DNA of 64,000 bases from a virus: the IMG/VR virus record IMGVR_UViG_3300042862_000198, positions 58,177-122,176 of that record; one strand, written 5' to 3'. The notes under the pieces were generated by a model. It made no database searches and was not told the origin of the DNA. It worked only from the letters and a program-made list of their open reading frames with translations. A program made the position numbers and the translations under genes. Shown here in pieces: positions 47,678 through 57,727 of the stretch (its first letter is position 1; each line of letters opens with the position of its first letter).

Positions 47678-50600
47678 ATGCCTTGTGTAATTAAATTAAA
47701 AGAATTCTTAACTGATCAGATTTATGAGAAATCTAAACCTGCATTAAGCATGTCATATCAAAATGCTATAAGACTAACAGATACTATAAATAAAGAATAT
47801 GGCTACAATGTTGTATACCCTACATTAAGTGATACAATTGAGCTTGAAATAACAATTCCGGAAGCTTTAATAACTGATTATTATAATAATGAGCTTAAAC
47901 TAGAAATACAAGAAGCTATTGAGGTTGCTCAAGCAGCTGAAGAAGAAGCTAGAGAAATACAAAGAAGAGATGCAGAACGTGCAGGTATTCCATATCAAGA
48001 TGATTATCTATTTCAAAATGAAAATGATATTCAAGTGATTGTTGAAAAAACATTTAGAGAAGCAAGAGATCAAGAAATTGCTACTAAGCTAGGTGAAAAA
48101 TATAAAAAAGCTTTTGGAATAGAATATCAAATAGTAACCCCAGGTGAAGCTGCTTTAATCTTACAATTAAGTCCTACACCATATACATCAGATGTATCTG
48201 CTTTCTTTTATGGAAATCAAGTATATTTTGTAAAGGGTAACTTTAATGCTAAAACTGTAGTCCATGAATTTGCTCACCCTTTAATTAAAGGTATTGCATT
48301 TCAAAATCCTAAATTATTTAATAATTTATATGCTCAGTTATCTAGTTCTGTAACAGGACAAGAAGCAATTGAAAGAGTTAAAAGTAAGTATCCTGAATTA
48401 GAAGTTGATTCAGAAAGATTTAAAGAAGAAGCTATTGTTACTGCTATGGAAATAGATGCAGAATTAAAGTTAGAAAAAATTAAATCTGATGATAGCTTGT
48501 TTGATAAGTTTATAGAAACATTAATGTTTGCTATTAAAAAAGTTATTCAAGCTCTCACAAAGAATGTTAATCTTAAAAAGTTAAGCACACGTACTACCAG
48601 AGACCAGCTTGTTGACATGATGATCAATGAAGACTTTGTAATTCAAGATTTAAATTATCAAACAAGTTTATTTGCTGAGTTTAGTAAAGAAACTGATGCA
48701 TATTTAAAAGAACTTAAAGCTCTTGCTCCTGAAAAAATACTAAATACAATAAATAGATTTCATGATGAAATGTCTTTTCAGTTACAAGAATTAAGAACAA
48801 ATCCAAAAAAACTTAGAGAAACATTAGGAAAAGATGCTGAACAAACTATCCGTGGTATAAGAGACTATGTTAATGGATATAAAACTACTGGTGAAAACAT
48901 TTCAGATGATGAGTTACAAACTCTTATAGATTCATTAATTAATGATGAAGCTGATTTAAATGCCAGATCATTAGCTTTCATAAAAAGTTTAACAGAACTT
49001 AATGTATTTGCAAGAAGAGTTCAAAGAGTTCTTGAAGATATGAATACTTCAAAAGAATATTTAACTGAAGAAGGTAATCAAAAGATTCAGTACTTTAAGC
49101 AGTTCATGGAAAGAGAGATTAAATTTCTTAGAGATGTAGAAAAACAATTAGGAATGGATCCTTCAAATGAATTAAGTAAATTAATATTGTCTGTAAAGTC
49201 ATTAATGGAACGTAATTCTGAAACAGCTAAAGATATGACATTTAAATATGTCAAAGATTTACTTTTAGATGCAGGTCTTACTATGCAAGAAAATGTAAAA
49301 GAAAAAACTTCTGATAGAATTGATGAAATTTTAAAAACTGATGGTTTTACAGAAGCTGAAATAAATGATTTTAAAGAAGATTTATTTAATAGATTAGATG
49401 TAGATAACATTAGAGCTATATCAGCAAAAGACTTTAAGTTACCAAGAGAATCTCCTAGAGCTAAATACATTTTAGAAGCAATTCAAGAGTATAATAATAA
49501 TAAAATTACTGAGCAGGTTGTTGATGAATATTTAAGGGGTCATGTAAAAGATCTTGGATTTACAGGAGCTATGTTAAACCCATTAGCTAATGTTAATGAT
49601 TTATTTGGTGCCTTTGTACAGTATGCAAGAAATAAAATTTCAGATGCTGAAGTAAAAAGTGAGCAAGAACAAATGAAGTTTGTTGAAAGTTTAAAACCTA
49701 TTTTAAATGCAATGAATTGGAATCCTAATGATACACAACAATTAGGAAAAGCATTATTATTTGTAGATAAGAAAGGTATCATTAATGAAGATGGTGATGT
49801 TGAAGAATATGAAGCTTATGCATATTTAGATAAATTTAAAGATTGGGAACTTGATGAAGCCAACTTAAAAGGAGCCCTTAAAAAAGCTCAACTTAAAGGT
49901 GACAAGGAAGCAATTAAAGTTGCTATGCAGGCAATAAGAGATTTTGATAGAGACTATAAAGTTAGAAGGTATACAGATGAAGTATATAAGCTACAAGATA
50001 TATGGCTTCAAAGTAATACTGTGATAGATCCTACTACTAAAAAAACTGTTACTATATCTGCAGATGTGTCATTAGAAGCTTATCAAGAAAGAAAGGCTGC
50101 ATTAGATGACTTAAGTACTTATTCTGATTCAAATGAATTTACTTCACTTGATGACTTATTAGAATTTACTCCATCAGCAGCATCAAAAGTAAAGTATAAT
50201 AATCTTTATAATTTATATGATAATAATGGAAATTATAAACAAGGAATAGAATTAGAAAAAGTTTTAGTTAGAAGATACTATAGACAACAATCAAGACAAT
50301 TCTACGAGTCTGTTCCAGTTTTAGATAAATTTCAAAGAGATTATGAGCACTTTGTTAATACTGAACTTGCAAGTTTAGGTATTACTAAAGATGCTACACC
50401 TGATAAATATGAAGCAGAAATTAAAAAGTTTTTTGAAAAAAATACAAGAATAGCTTACACAGATGAATACTTTCAAGATAAAAATGATGTTCTTGCTGAG
50501 ATAAATGCTATTAATGAAAAAGCAAAAGGAGCAGAAATATCTAAAAAGCTTGCTAGTCTTTATGAACAAAGATATACTATTACAAATAGAGTAACAGATA

Positions 50601-53527
50601 AAGATGGAGAACCAAATGGAACTGAACTTGGAATTGACTCTATCAGAAAACTTAAAGCTATTGAAGAAGAAATAGTACTTCTTTCTGAAAGCTTTGATAA
50701 AAAAACTGGTTTATCAAAAACTGAAGCTTATAAGCTTAGGTATTATGAAGAAAAAATAATTGGTGCAGGAAAAGCATCTCAAATGACCCAAGAACAAAAG
50801 AATGAGTATCAGTCACTTGTAGCTAATAGAACAGCCTTTGGTTTATCAGATCAAGAAATTACATACTTAAGAGGTTTATTCAAAAAATTAGCAGAGTTAA
50901 CAGATAATGTTGCTACTGATTATTATGTTGATTCATTTAATACAGCACTAGGAGAACTTGAATTAGAACCTATTACAATTGATACTGCAGATGATTGGAT
51001 TAATTCACAAAATACTCTTCAAGCAAAAGCAGATAATCCAAGATTTTCAGAATGGTTTGATAGAAATCATTATGAAAAAACTGTATTTAATCCTGTACTT
51101 GGAGTATATGAATCTAGATTTTTTAGAACTAAAGCTTGGACAGTTTCAAAACCTTCAAATCCTAAGTATTTTAAAAAGACAGAACTTATAGATCCTATCA
51201 CTGGTGAAAAGATAACCATTGATGGTGTTCCAATTGCAAAATATTCTTATACTAAAATTAAAGATAAGTATAAAACAGGCTTTAATGCTAAGACAGGTAA
51301 AGTTGAGTTAGAAGTTGGTACTCATATTGATAACCGTGGAAACTTTTTACCTAAAGAACAAGCTTTAGGAAGTACTTTTGGAAAGTATATGAATGAAAGG
51401 TACTATGAAATGAAAAAAACTAATAGTCCTGAGTTTAAATTACTAGAAGCTATTAAAAAACAAAGACTTAAAAATCAAGAAGATAGTCCTTATGCATCTA
51501 GAATGTATTTAGATTTTCCTAGATTTAGAATAGCTACTACTCTTGAATATGGTCAATCTGGTGAATTAAAAAATAAAACAGTAGCTATTGGAGATGCATT
51601 AAAAGCTTCAGTATATAAAAGAGCTGCAGATGATGCGGAATCTGGTCAAGCAAATTTTGATCCTGAGTTTATATATGTTCCAACTGATTTACAGGGAAAA
51701 CCAATACCAAAAGTTCCAGTATCTGGTTTATATAAAATGCCAATTAATTCAGTTTCTTTAGATGTAATAACATCTGAATTAAACTACATGAATTCTTTAG
51801 ATATACAAAAAGTTTTGATTGACTCACAGTCTTCAGCTACAGCTATTCTTGATGTTCTTGGAGATCCAGATAATGCTTTAGATAAACTAGATATGGCAAG
51901 TAGTAAATTATCTAATGCTCAAGATAAAACAGCAGTGTTTTTAAAAAGAGATACTAATCAAAGATACCAGTTTGCTAAAGATGTTATTAATAGAATGTGG
52001 TATGGAGAAAAGGTAAGTGAATTTCAACAAGAAAACCCTACTATATCTAAGATAACAAGAAAAGCAATGGGAGCTGCAAGTTTTGCATTCTATGCTTTAA
52101 ATCCTGTTTCTACTATTAAGAATAAAGGAGGAATGACATTTCAAAAACTTATAAAAACTGCAGGTGGAAAATATATTAATTTTCCTGCAATGGCAAGAGG
52201 AGAAATTAGAACTTATAAAGCTATGTTTGATTATGCTACATCAGGAACATATACAACAGGTTTAAAAAGTTTAGATATGCAGTTAATGGATGCATTTGAT
52301 ATGTCTCCAGGTAAGACTAAAAAAGATGCAAAAAGAACTCATACAAATACAGCAGTTAAAAATTTATTAGATGCTACTTGGATGTTTTCTGATAGAAAAT
52401 TAACAGAGGTACAAGGGGCACTTGAATTAGGCTTTGGTTTAATGGAATGGCAAGAAGTTGATCAAATACAACCTGATGGTTCAGTTACAAAAATTAGATA
52501 TGCAGATGCCTTTGTAATAGGTGAAGATGGTATTGCAAAAATAAAAGATGGTATTAATCCTGAATGGGGAATGAACTATACTGATCATACTGTAGTTGCG
52601 GGAGATACCTTAGCATCAATTGCTAAACAATATCATATGACTGTTGAAGAGTTAGCAAAGAAAAATAAAATAGAAACAAATGCTAAATTAGAAGATGGTA
52701 AAGAACTTATTATATCTAGAAATACTAAGTTTAATATGATGAAGCTTAGAATGTCAAGTACTAATAAAAAATTAAATGGTAGTGTTGCAGCAATTGAAGG
52801 TCCTACTGCAGAAAAACATTTACTATATGATGTAGCATCATTCTCAAGAAAGTTTGGTACAGGTATGTTTTTATCTAGATTCCAAATGGATACTTCAAAA
52901 GGTAACCGTGGTGGAGCTGTATGGGATTGGGATTTAAATGAAACTACTAAAGGTAAGTATATTACATTTGCACAGAATATGACTAAATTACTCACAGATG
53001 CTAAAAACTATTGGCCAATAATGAAAGAAGAAGAAAAAATTGCTATGCGTGAAATTTTTACAGAAGGTATGTTAATATTCATATCAGGTGTGGCAATATC
53101 TTTATTATTTGGATTCAAAGGAGATGATGAAGATAGATTTCAAAAGTTAAAAGAAAGAGAGGCAAAATATGGTACAGCAGGTTGGGTTGCAAATCATATG
53201 CTTTATCAAATTATCATGGTACAAAAAGAAAATACTAGTATGACTCCATTAGGAGCAGGTGAATGGTTAGACTTTACCAAAACAACTAACATTATGATGG
53301 GGCCTACATTAGATCTTTATCTTAAGATTTTTAAAGACTTAGGATACATAATTTCAGGAAATGATAAAGCTGTTTACAAACAAGAAGTTGGTCCATATGG
53401 ATGGCAACAAGAAGGTGAGTATAAAATATGGAATCACTTAGGTAGCATAGTTGGATTATCAGGTAAGAATTTAAGTCCTTATTGGGCTATTAAGAAGCAA
53501 GAAATATTTACAAACTTGAAAGGGTAG
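47678..53527 (+). CDS. Giant ejection/cargo protein with zincin (HExxH) domain, LysM domain and C-terminal hydrophobic helix
   Basis: VVHEFAH (HEFAH at 48263-48277)...EEAIV; LysM HTVVAGDTLASIAKQYHMTVEELAKKNKI...LEDGKELII (52586-52714); MLIFISGVAISLLFGF. Confidence 0.75.
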   Translation: MPCVIKLKEFLTDQIYEKSKPALSMSYQNAIRLTDTINKEYGYNVVYPTLSDTIELEITIPEALITDYYNNELKLEIQEAIEVAQAAEEEAREIQRRDAERAGIPYQDDYLFQNENDIQVIVEKTFREARDQEIATKLGEKYKKAFGIEYQIVTPGEAALILQLSPTPYTSDVSAFFYGNQVYFVKGNFNAKTVVHEFAHPLIKGIAFQNPKLFNNLYAQLSSSVTGQEAIERVKSKYPELEVDSERFKEEAIVTAMEIDAELKLEKIKSDDSLFDKFIETLMFAIKKVIQALTKNVNLKKLSTRTTRDQLVDMMINEDFVIQDLNYQTSLFAEFSKETDAYLKELKALAPEKILNTINRFHDEMSFQLQELRTNPKKLRETLGKDAEQTIRGIRDYVNGYKTTGENISDDELQTLIDSLINDEADLNARSLAFIKSLTELNVFARRVQRVLEDMNTSKEYLTEEGNQKIQYFKQFMEREIKFLRDVEKQLGMDPSNELSKLILSVKSLMERNSETAKDMTFKYVKDLLLDAGLTMQENVKEKTSDRIDEILKTDGFTEAEINDFKEDLFNRLDVDNIRAISAKDFKLPRESPRAKYILEAIQEYNNNKITEQVVDEYLRGHVKDLGFTGAMLNPLANVNDLFGAFVQYARNKISDAEVKSEQEQMKFVESLKPILNAMNWNPNDTQQLGKALLFVDKKGIINEDGDVEEYEAYAYLDKFKDWELDEANLKGALKKAQLKGDKEAIKVAMQAIRDFDRDYKVRRYTDEVYKLQDIWLQSNTVIDPTTKKTVTISADVSLEAYQERKAALDDLSTYSDSNEFTSLDDLLEFTPSAASKVKYNNLYNLYDNNGNYKQGIELEKVLVRRYYRQQSRQFYESVPVLDKFQRDYEHFVNTELASLGITKDATPDKYEAEIKKFFEKNTRIAYTDEYFQDKNDVLAEINAINEKAKGAEISKKLASLYEQRYTITNRVTDKDGEPNGTELGIDSIRKLKAIEEEIVLLSESFDKKTGLSKTEAYKLRYYEEKIIGAGKASQMTQEQKNEYQSLVANRTAFGLSDQEITYLRGLFKKLAELTDNVATDYYVDSFNTALGELELEPITIDTADDWINSQNTLQAKADNPRFSEWFDRNHYEKTVFNPVLGVYESRFFRTKAWTVSKPSNPKYFKKTELIDPITGEKITIDGVPIAKYSYTKIKDKYKTGFNAKTGKVELEVGTHIDNRGNFLPKEQALGSTFGKYMNERYYEMKKTNSPEFKLLEAIKKQRLKNQEDSPYASRMYLDFPRFRIATTLEYGQSGELKNKTVAIGDALKASVYKRAADDAESGQANFDPEFIYVPTDLQGKPIPKVPVSGLYKMPINSVSLDVITSELNYMNSLDIQKVLIDSQSSATAILDVLGDPDNALDKLDMASSKLSNAQDKTAVFLKRDTNQRYQFAKDVINRMWYGEKVSEFQQENPTISKITRKAMGAASFAFYALNPVSTIKNKGGMTFQKLIKTAGGKYINFPAMARGEIRTYKAMFDYATSGTYTTGLKSLDMQLMDAFDMSPGKTKKDAKRTHTNTAVKNLLDATWMFSDRKLTEVQGALELGFGLMEWQEVDQIQPDGSVTKIRYADAFVIGEDGIAKIKDGINPEWGMNYTDHTVVAGDTLASIAKQYHMTVEELAKKNKIETNAKLEDGKELIISRNTKFNMMKLRMSSTNKKLNGSVAAIEGPTAEKHLLYDVASFSRKFGTGMFLSRFQMDTSKGNRGGAVWDWDLNETTKGKYITFAQNMTKLLTDAKNYWPIMKEEEKIAMREIFTEGMLIFISGVAISLLFGFKGDDEDRFQKLKEREAKYGTAGWVANHMLYQIIMVQKENTSMTPLGAGEWLDFTKTTNIMMGPTLDLYLKIFKDLGYIISGNDKAVYKQEVGPYGWQQEGEYKIWNHLGSIVGLSGKNLSPYWAIKKQEIFTNLKG

Positions 53528-53531
53528 GATT

Positions 53532-53564
53532 AAAAAAAAAGGGGAGCACATTTCTGTACCCCCC
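53532..53564 (-). terminator. Rho-independent terminator at the convergence of the two modules
   Basis: Minus strand GGGGGGTACA-GAAA-TGTGCTCCCC then T9; the G-U pairs and GAAA tetraloop work only on the minus strand. Confidence 0.85.
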
Positions 53565-53598
53565 TCTTCTTGATAATATGCTTAATCCATAAGCATCA

Positions 53599-54762
53599 TT
53601 AAAAGAAATCTGCAACACTCTCATTATCTTCTGCATCTGTAGTGGATGTAAAATCTAAATCAAAGTTAGCTTCTTCTTTTTTATCTATTTTTTTTGTTTC
53701 TAATGTATTCAGATCAGCTTCATATAACTCATAGTCTTCAACAGTAGGTTCTAATGAATGTTCTACAGCTGCATTATGAAATTCTATAGCTTCAAATGTA
53801 TTACCATCTCTATCGGTATATTGCAATATAGATTCTTCAGGTTGTTCTAAAGCAAGTTCTTCTACTTCTAATTCAGCATAGATTTCTTCTTCATCATTTG
53901 CAGCATATTTAATATCTTCATCCATCATATCAGCTTCCATGTCAGCAATCTGGTCTAACAAACTAATTTGATTAGGATCAATTGCATCTATTGTGTCTTC
54001 AGTAACTATAACTTCATCTTCAGGAACCTGTACAGATTGACTACATACTGGAAAATTATTTACAGAATTAATAAAATAATGTAATATTCTTTGATCCTCC
54101 ATCCATGTTTTAGGATGTGACTGCTGTAAAGCTAAAGTAACATAGTTATAGAATGCCCATAGACTATTATTATCTGCAAACACATAACTTGGTTTATCCA
54201 TTTGTTGTCTTACTATACTAGCTTGTTCAGTAGTAAGTATTTGATATTCAGCAAATAGTATTCCTAATAACTGTGCTTGTTTTCTTTTAGTCATGCTAAT
54301 AGTTTGCATAACATTTTTATCAGATACTAATTGATTATAATACATGTAAGCATTGGTTACTTGTTCAGTAATTGTAGCTATTGTTTCTGTGTCAGCTGTA
54401 CCTGTATGTTTTCTTGCCCAGCTACCCATATCTCCACATACCATTACAGTACCGTTAGTATTTATATAAGCACCAACACCACACTTAAACCTTACTTGCT
54501 TATTATAACTATTAGTCCATGCAAACATCATTGATAATTCTTGGTCAGTTCCATAGTGTAATCTAAAAACTCCCTGAGCAATCTGACCATCAGCAGTTGC
54601 TCTATATTCTTCTCTTTCAATTGTAAAACCTGCATTAATTAATGCTGTTTTTGAGTAATCCATCACATTTTCATGACTTATAACTGTATATGTATCAGCA
54701 TGTACCGGTAAAGGAATTCCTGTAAGGTAATCCCATGTGCAATCTTTAATTTTCTTTGGCAT
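53599..54762 (-). CDS. DUF932-like phage protein with long acidic C-terminal tail
   Basis: TYTVISHENV...MFAWTNSYNKQVRFKCGVGA...RKHTG pattern; D/E-rich tail ending ADFF. Confidence 0.6.
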   Translation of the reverse strand: MPKKIKDCTWDYLTGIPLPVHADTYTVISHENVMDYSKTALINAGFTIEREEYRATADGQIAQGVFRLHYGTDQELSMMFAWTNSYNKQVRFKCGVGAYINTNGTVMVCGDMGSWARKHTGTADTETIATITEQVTNAYMYYNQLVSDKNVMQTISMTKRKQAQLLGILFAEYQILTTEQASIVRQQMDKPSYVFADNNSLWAFYNYVTLALQQSHPKTWMEDQRILHYFINSVNNFPVCSQSVQVPEDEVIVTEDTIDAIDPNQISLLDQIADMEADMMDEDIKYAANDEEEIYAELEVEELALEQPEESILQYTDRDGNTFEAIEFHNAAVEHSLEPTVEDYELYEADLNTLETKKIDKKEEANFDLDFTSTTDAEDNESVADFF

Positions 54763-54763
54763 A

Positions 54764-56662
54764 TTAAAATAAACTTAATTGGTTTCTATTAGGCATAAGC
54801 CCCTCTATTTCTTTTTTTACTTTTTGTATGTAGTAATCATAATTAATATCATAATCAGAAAATTCTTTTTCTTCATAATTTATAAAGATACTCTGCATCC
54901 ACTTTCCAGCTTCTATTTGTATCTCTCTATTGTCTGTATTATTTTTCTTAACAATCTTACTTCCATTGTTAGACATATAATATCTAATAGTGTGTTGTAT
55001 TTCATTTACACTGTAGTCTCCATCTTTAATAATATGTTCCCAAAAATTCCAATCTCCTTTTATTTTTACACCACCACAAAAATCAAATATGTTTTTGTTA
55101 GCTTTAATTGTATCTATAGGTTCAACACCATTTACAAAGAACTCATGAAGAGCCATTGGTATAATTAAGAAACTTTTATTTTTATGAAGAGCTAAATCTT
55201 TAAACTCAAATCTACCCTTACATTTAGATTTTCCATCCTCTGTAACTGCTATATAATTATTTACATCACCTAAAACAATTTTACTATAAGTATCATGTTC
55301 TAGTTCTAGCATTGTTATTTTTTCCCATTCAGCACATATTTCCTTATACTTATCTACTTTATCCTTTGGTATTATAGTCTCCAAACCATCAGTATTTTGC
55401 ATTATAGGAATAGCTTCCGGGATCCCTTCACATATCATCTCATATAACATAGTAAGACTAAGCTGACCATTAATTGTAATCCTCATAGTAAACTCAGGAT
55501 CATATAGAAAACTATTAGCATCATTACTGAGCCCATAAGTAGAGTTTAATATAATCTTATATACATAATTCTTAGGATCTTTTTTAGGAATTTTTTTTCT
55601 TTCCTCAAAAAACCATTCATACAAGTTACAAAATTCTTCTCTTGGTAAATGAGCAGGAGACCATTTGTTTCTAATTGCTAAATTTGGATAGAAACTAGTA
55701 ACATCTGATGTCATGATTACAGTATCTTCAGTAGAGTTATATACCTTACTAGTTCTAGCACCGTGCACACCACCTAAACCAAAATCAGTTTTAACACCTT
55801 TATAGTTTACAGAGTATTTAAATCCTCCTTTAGTTTCTCCTGGATATAAAATTACGTCCTGGAATTTTTTAAGAAGATTTTGGAAACTTGCTGTCTTAAA
55901 CTCTATATAAGGTAGTATAATATCTTTAACTACTATCTTTGGTCTACTGGTTCTCATATTTTTAAGATCCCATTTTGGTATACCAGTATGCTTATGTAAG
56001 AAATGTAAAAACAACTCTTTAGATATCCTTGGTTCTGAAGCACTAAATAAATTAATATTATATTCTTCAGTTAAAGTTTTTCTAAGAGCAATCTGTTCCT
56101 TACTTAAATGCATTATGGCCTTTGTAGACTTAACATCATTTATACAGTAACTTATTATACTTTCTATTTGGTCTTCTGTGATACTACTAGCATGATGTAT
56201 TGGCATATCTTTTATGTTTAGCCAATCCATAGTATATTGTATCCATTTCAATGAACTTCTTTTTGCTGGATTATCCCAATGATTTAATTTAAAAACATCT
56301 ATTTGTTTTATATGTAAATCTTTAGGACTAAATTCAGAAAATTTATTTTCATTTTGGTTGGTTATTATGTCCTGTGCTTTTGCATAAATAAATTTTGCAA
56401 CAGTTTCTGCAGTTTCATTTAATAACTCATATTTATTTCTTATTATGTATTCAGTAATCTGACTGTCAAAACTTAATCCATTAAAGGATACATGCCACTC
56501 ATCAAAAGAAACATTTCTTTCTAAGAATGCTAAAAGTTCTACTAGATCATTTTTTGATTCATGTACAACAAAGATTTGTTGTTCTTCAGAATTTACAGAC
56601 TCAAACACTCCAAGGAAGCAGTTTGATAAAGTCTCATAATCCATTACCCAATGTGTTCTCAT
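54764..56662 (-). CDS. polB: Family B DNA polymerase with 3'-5' exonuclease domain
   Basis: ExoI MDYET, ExoII FNGLSFD, ExoIII YCIND; polymerase motifs SDVTSFYPN, KIILNSTYG, NTDGL. Confidence 0.92.
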   Translation of the reverse strand: MRTHWVMDYETLSNCFLGVFESVNSEEQQIFVVHESKNDLVELLAFLERNVSFDEWHVSFNGLSFDSQITEYIIRNKYELLNETAETVAKFIYAKAQDIITNQNENKFSEFSPKDLHIKQIDVFKLNHWDNPAKRSSLKWIQYTMDWLNIKDMPIHHASSITEDQIESIISYCINDVKSTKAIMHLSKEQIALRKTLTEEYNINLFSASEPRISKELFLHFLHKHTGIPKWDLKNMRTSRPKIVVKDIILPYIEFKTASFQNLLKKFQDVILYPGETKGGFKYSVNYKGVKTDFGLGGVHGARTSKVYNSTEDTVIMTSDVTSFYPNLAIRNKWSPAHLPREEFCNLYEWFFEERKKIPKKDPKNYVYKIILNSTYGLSNDANSFLYDPEFTMRITINGQLSLTMLYEMICEGIPEAIPIMQNTDGLETIIPKDKVDKYKEICAEWEKITMLELEHDTYSKIVLGDVNNYIAVTEDGKSKCKGRFEFKDLALHKNKSFLIIPMALHEFFVNGVEPIDTIKANKNIFDFCGGVKIKGDWNFWEHIIKDGDYSVNEIQHTIRYYMSNNGSKIVKKNNTDNREIQIEAGKWMQSIFINYEEKEFSDYDINYDYYIQKVKKEIEGLMPNRNQLSLF

Positions 56663-56702
56663 AGGATATTATTCAGTTAAGCTGTTTCCCCATTTAGTTA
56701 AT

Positions 56703-56732
56703 AAAAAAGGGTGAACAATAATATCCACCCTT
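56703..56732 (-). terminator. Rho-independent terminator upstream of the DNA polymerase gene
   Basis: Minus strand GGGTGGATA-TTAT-TGTTCACCC then T6. Confidence 0.75.
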
Positions 56733-56749
56733 CATTTTTGTTATTTAAT

Positions 56750-57127
56750 TTAAACTCCTGCTACAGGTAGTTCTTCTTCTTTTTCAGACATAAATGCTTC
56801 ATAATCAAATGTTTTAGCATTAACTGCAAAAAGATGTAATAAATCTTTAACAGCTATTTTGTCTTCAATATAAAATTCTTGAAATACTTCTAATTTATGT
56901 CTTTCTTCACGGTGACCCTTACTTCCTGCAATAGGTTGACCATATTCATCTAATTTAGGAAGCATCTGTAAAGATGTTCTTTTAATTTTAGAGATGATTA
57001 CAAAAACCTTAGTTCCCGGATCAAATATACATTCTACATAGGGACAACTATCACTAATAGGTATTAACCTAAAAGTTTGTTTGTCTTGCCAGGTTGCTTG
57101 AACCAGCATCATTGATTTTTCTGTCAT
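56750..57127 (-). CDS. Hypothetical phage protein
   Basis: 125-aa ORF co-oriented in the replication module. Confidence 0.7.
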   Translation of the reverse strand: MTEKSMMLVQATWQDKQTFRLIPISDSCPYVECIFDPGTKVFVIISKIKRTSLQMLPKLDEYGQPIAGSKGHREERHKLEVFQEFYIEDKIAVKDLLHLFAVNAKTFDYEAFMSEKEEELPVAGV

Positions 57128-57157
57128 TTTTTTAATTTTTTATAAAGTTAATGCAAA

Positions 57158-57724
57158 TTAATTTAGAATTTTTATATTTTCCAAATTTTCTACTATAATT
57201 AGTAGTGTTTCTTTTTCTAAATCAGGTTTAGTACATAATTCACCTACTGTTTTAAGCAAGCTAACATCTACATTTAGTATACTTGCATATTGCTCATAAA
57301 ACTTATCTGGAAACAAATAACTTTCTACATAAATATGGTTTGCACTATTATCATCAAAATAATTTAAAATTTTGCGCTTCAGAGACTCATTGATTTTACT
57401 ATATTTTCCATTTACAAATTGGAACCAATCATTTTTTAAATCAGAAAAATCAAATATAAATACACTAGTTGTGCTATCTACCTTAGAATAATCACATAGT
57501 CTGTTATGTTTTAATAAAACATTATTTTCAAACTGGATATATTCTGGGTCATTTTTAGTGTGATAAACACAGATTAGTTTTGCATCCTCAGAGTTATGTA
57601 TATCTTTCCAACTAATATATGTTTCAGTTGGAACAGCACATGATCCTCTTTTTATGTCTAAGATAGGATACATAAATATCTTAGACTTTTGGAAATACTT
57701 CCTATAAAGCGCAGTTAAAGCCAT
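57158..57724 (-). CDS. Hypothetical phage protein
   Basis: 188-aa ORF starting 3 nt after the exonuclease stop. Confidence 0.7.
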   Translation of the reverse strand: MALTALYRKYFQKSKIFMYPILDIKRGSCAVPTETYISWKDIHNSEDAKLICVYHTKNDPEYIQFENNVLLKHNRLCDYSKVDSTTSVFIFDFSDLKNDWFQFVNGKYSKINESLKRKILNYFDDNSANHIYVESYLFPDKFYEQYASILNVDVSLLKTVGELCTKPDLEKETLLIIVENLENIKILN

Positions 57725-57727
57725 AAT

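Noticed and set aside
36454-47686. Split inteins or stop read-through explaining the terminal cysteines
   Set aside because: No intein blocks or HN/C junction are visible. The first junction is out of frame (4-nt gap) and the second gap contains an additional in-frame stop, so simple read-through cannot fuse the proteins.
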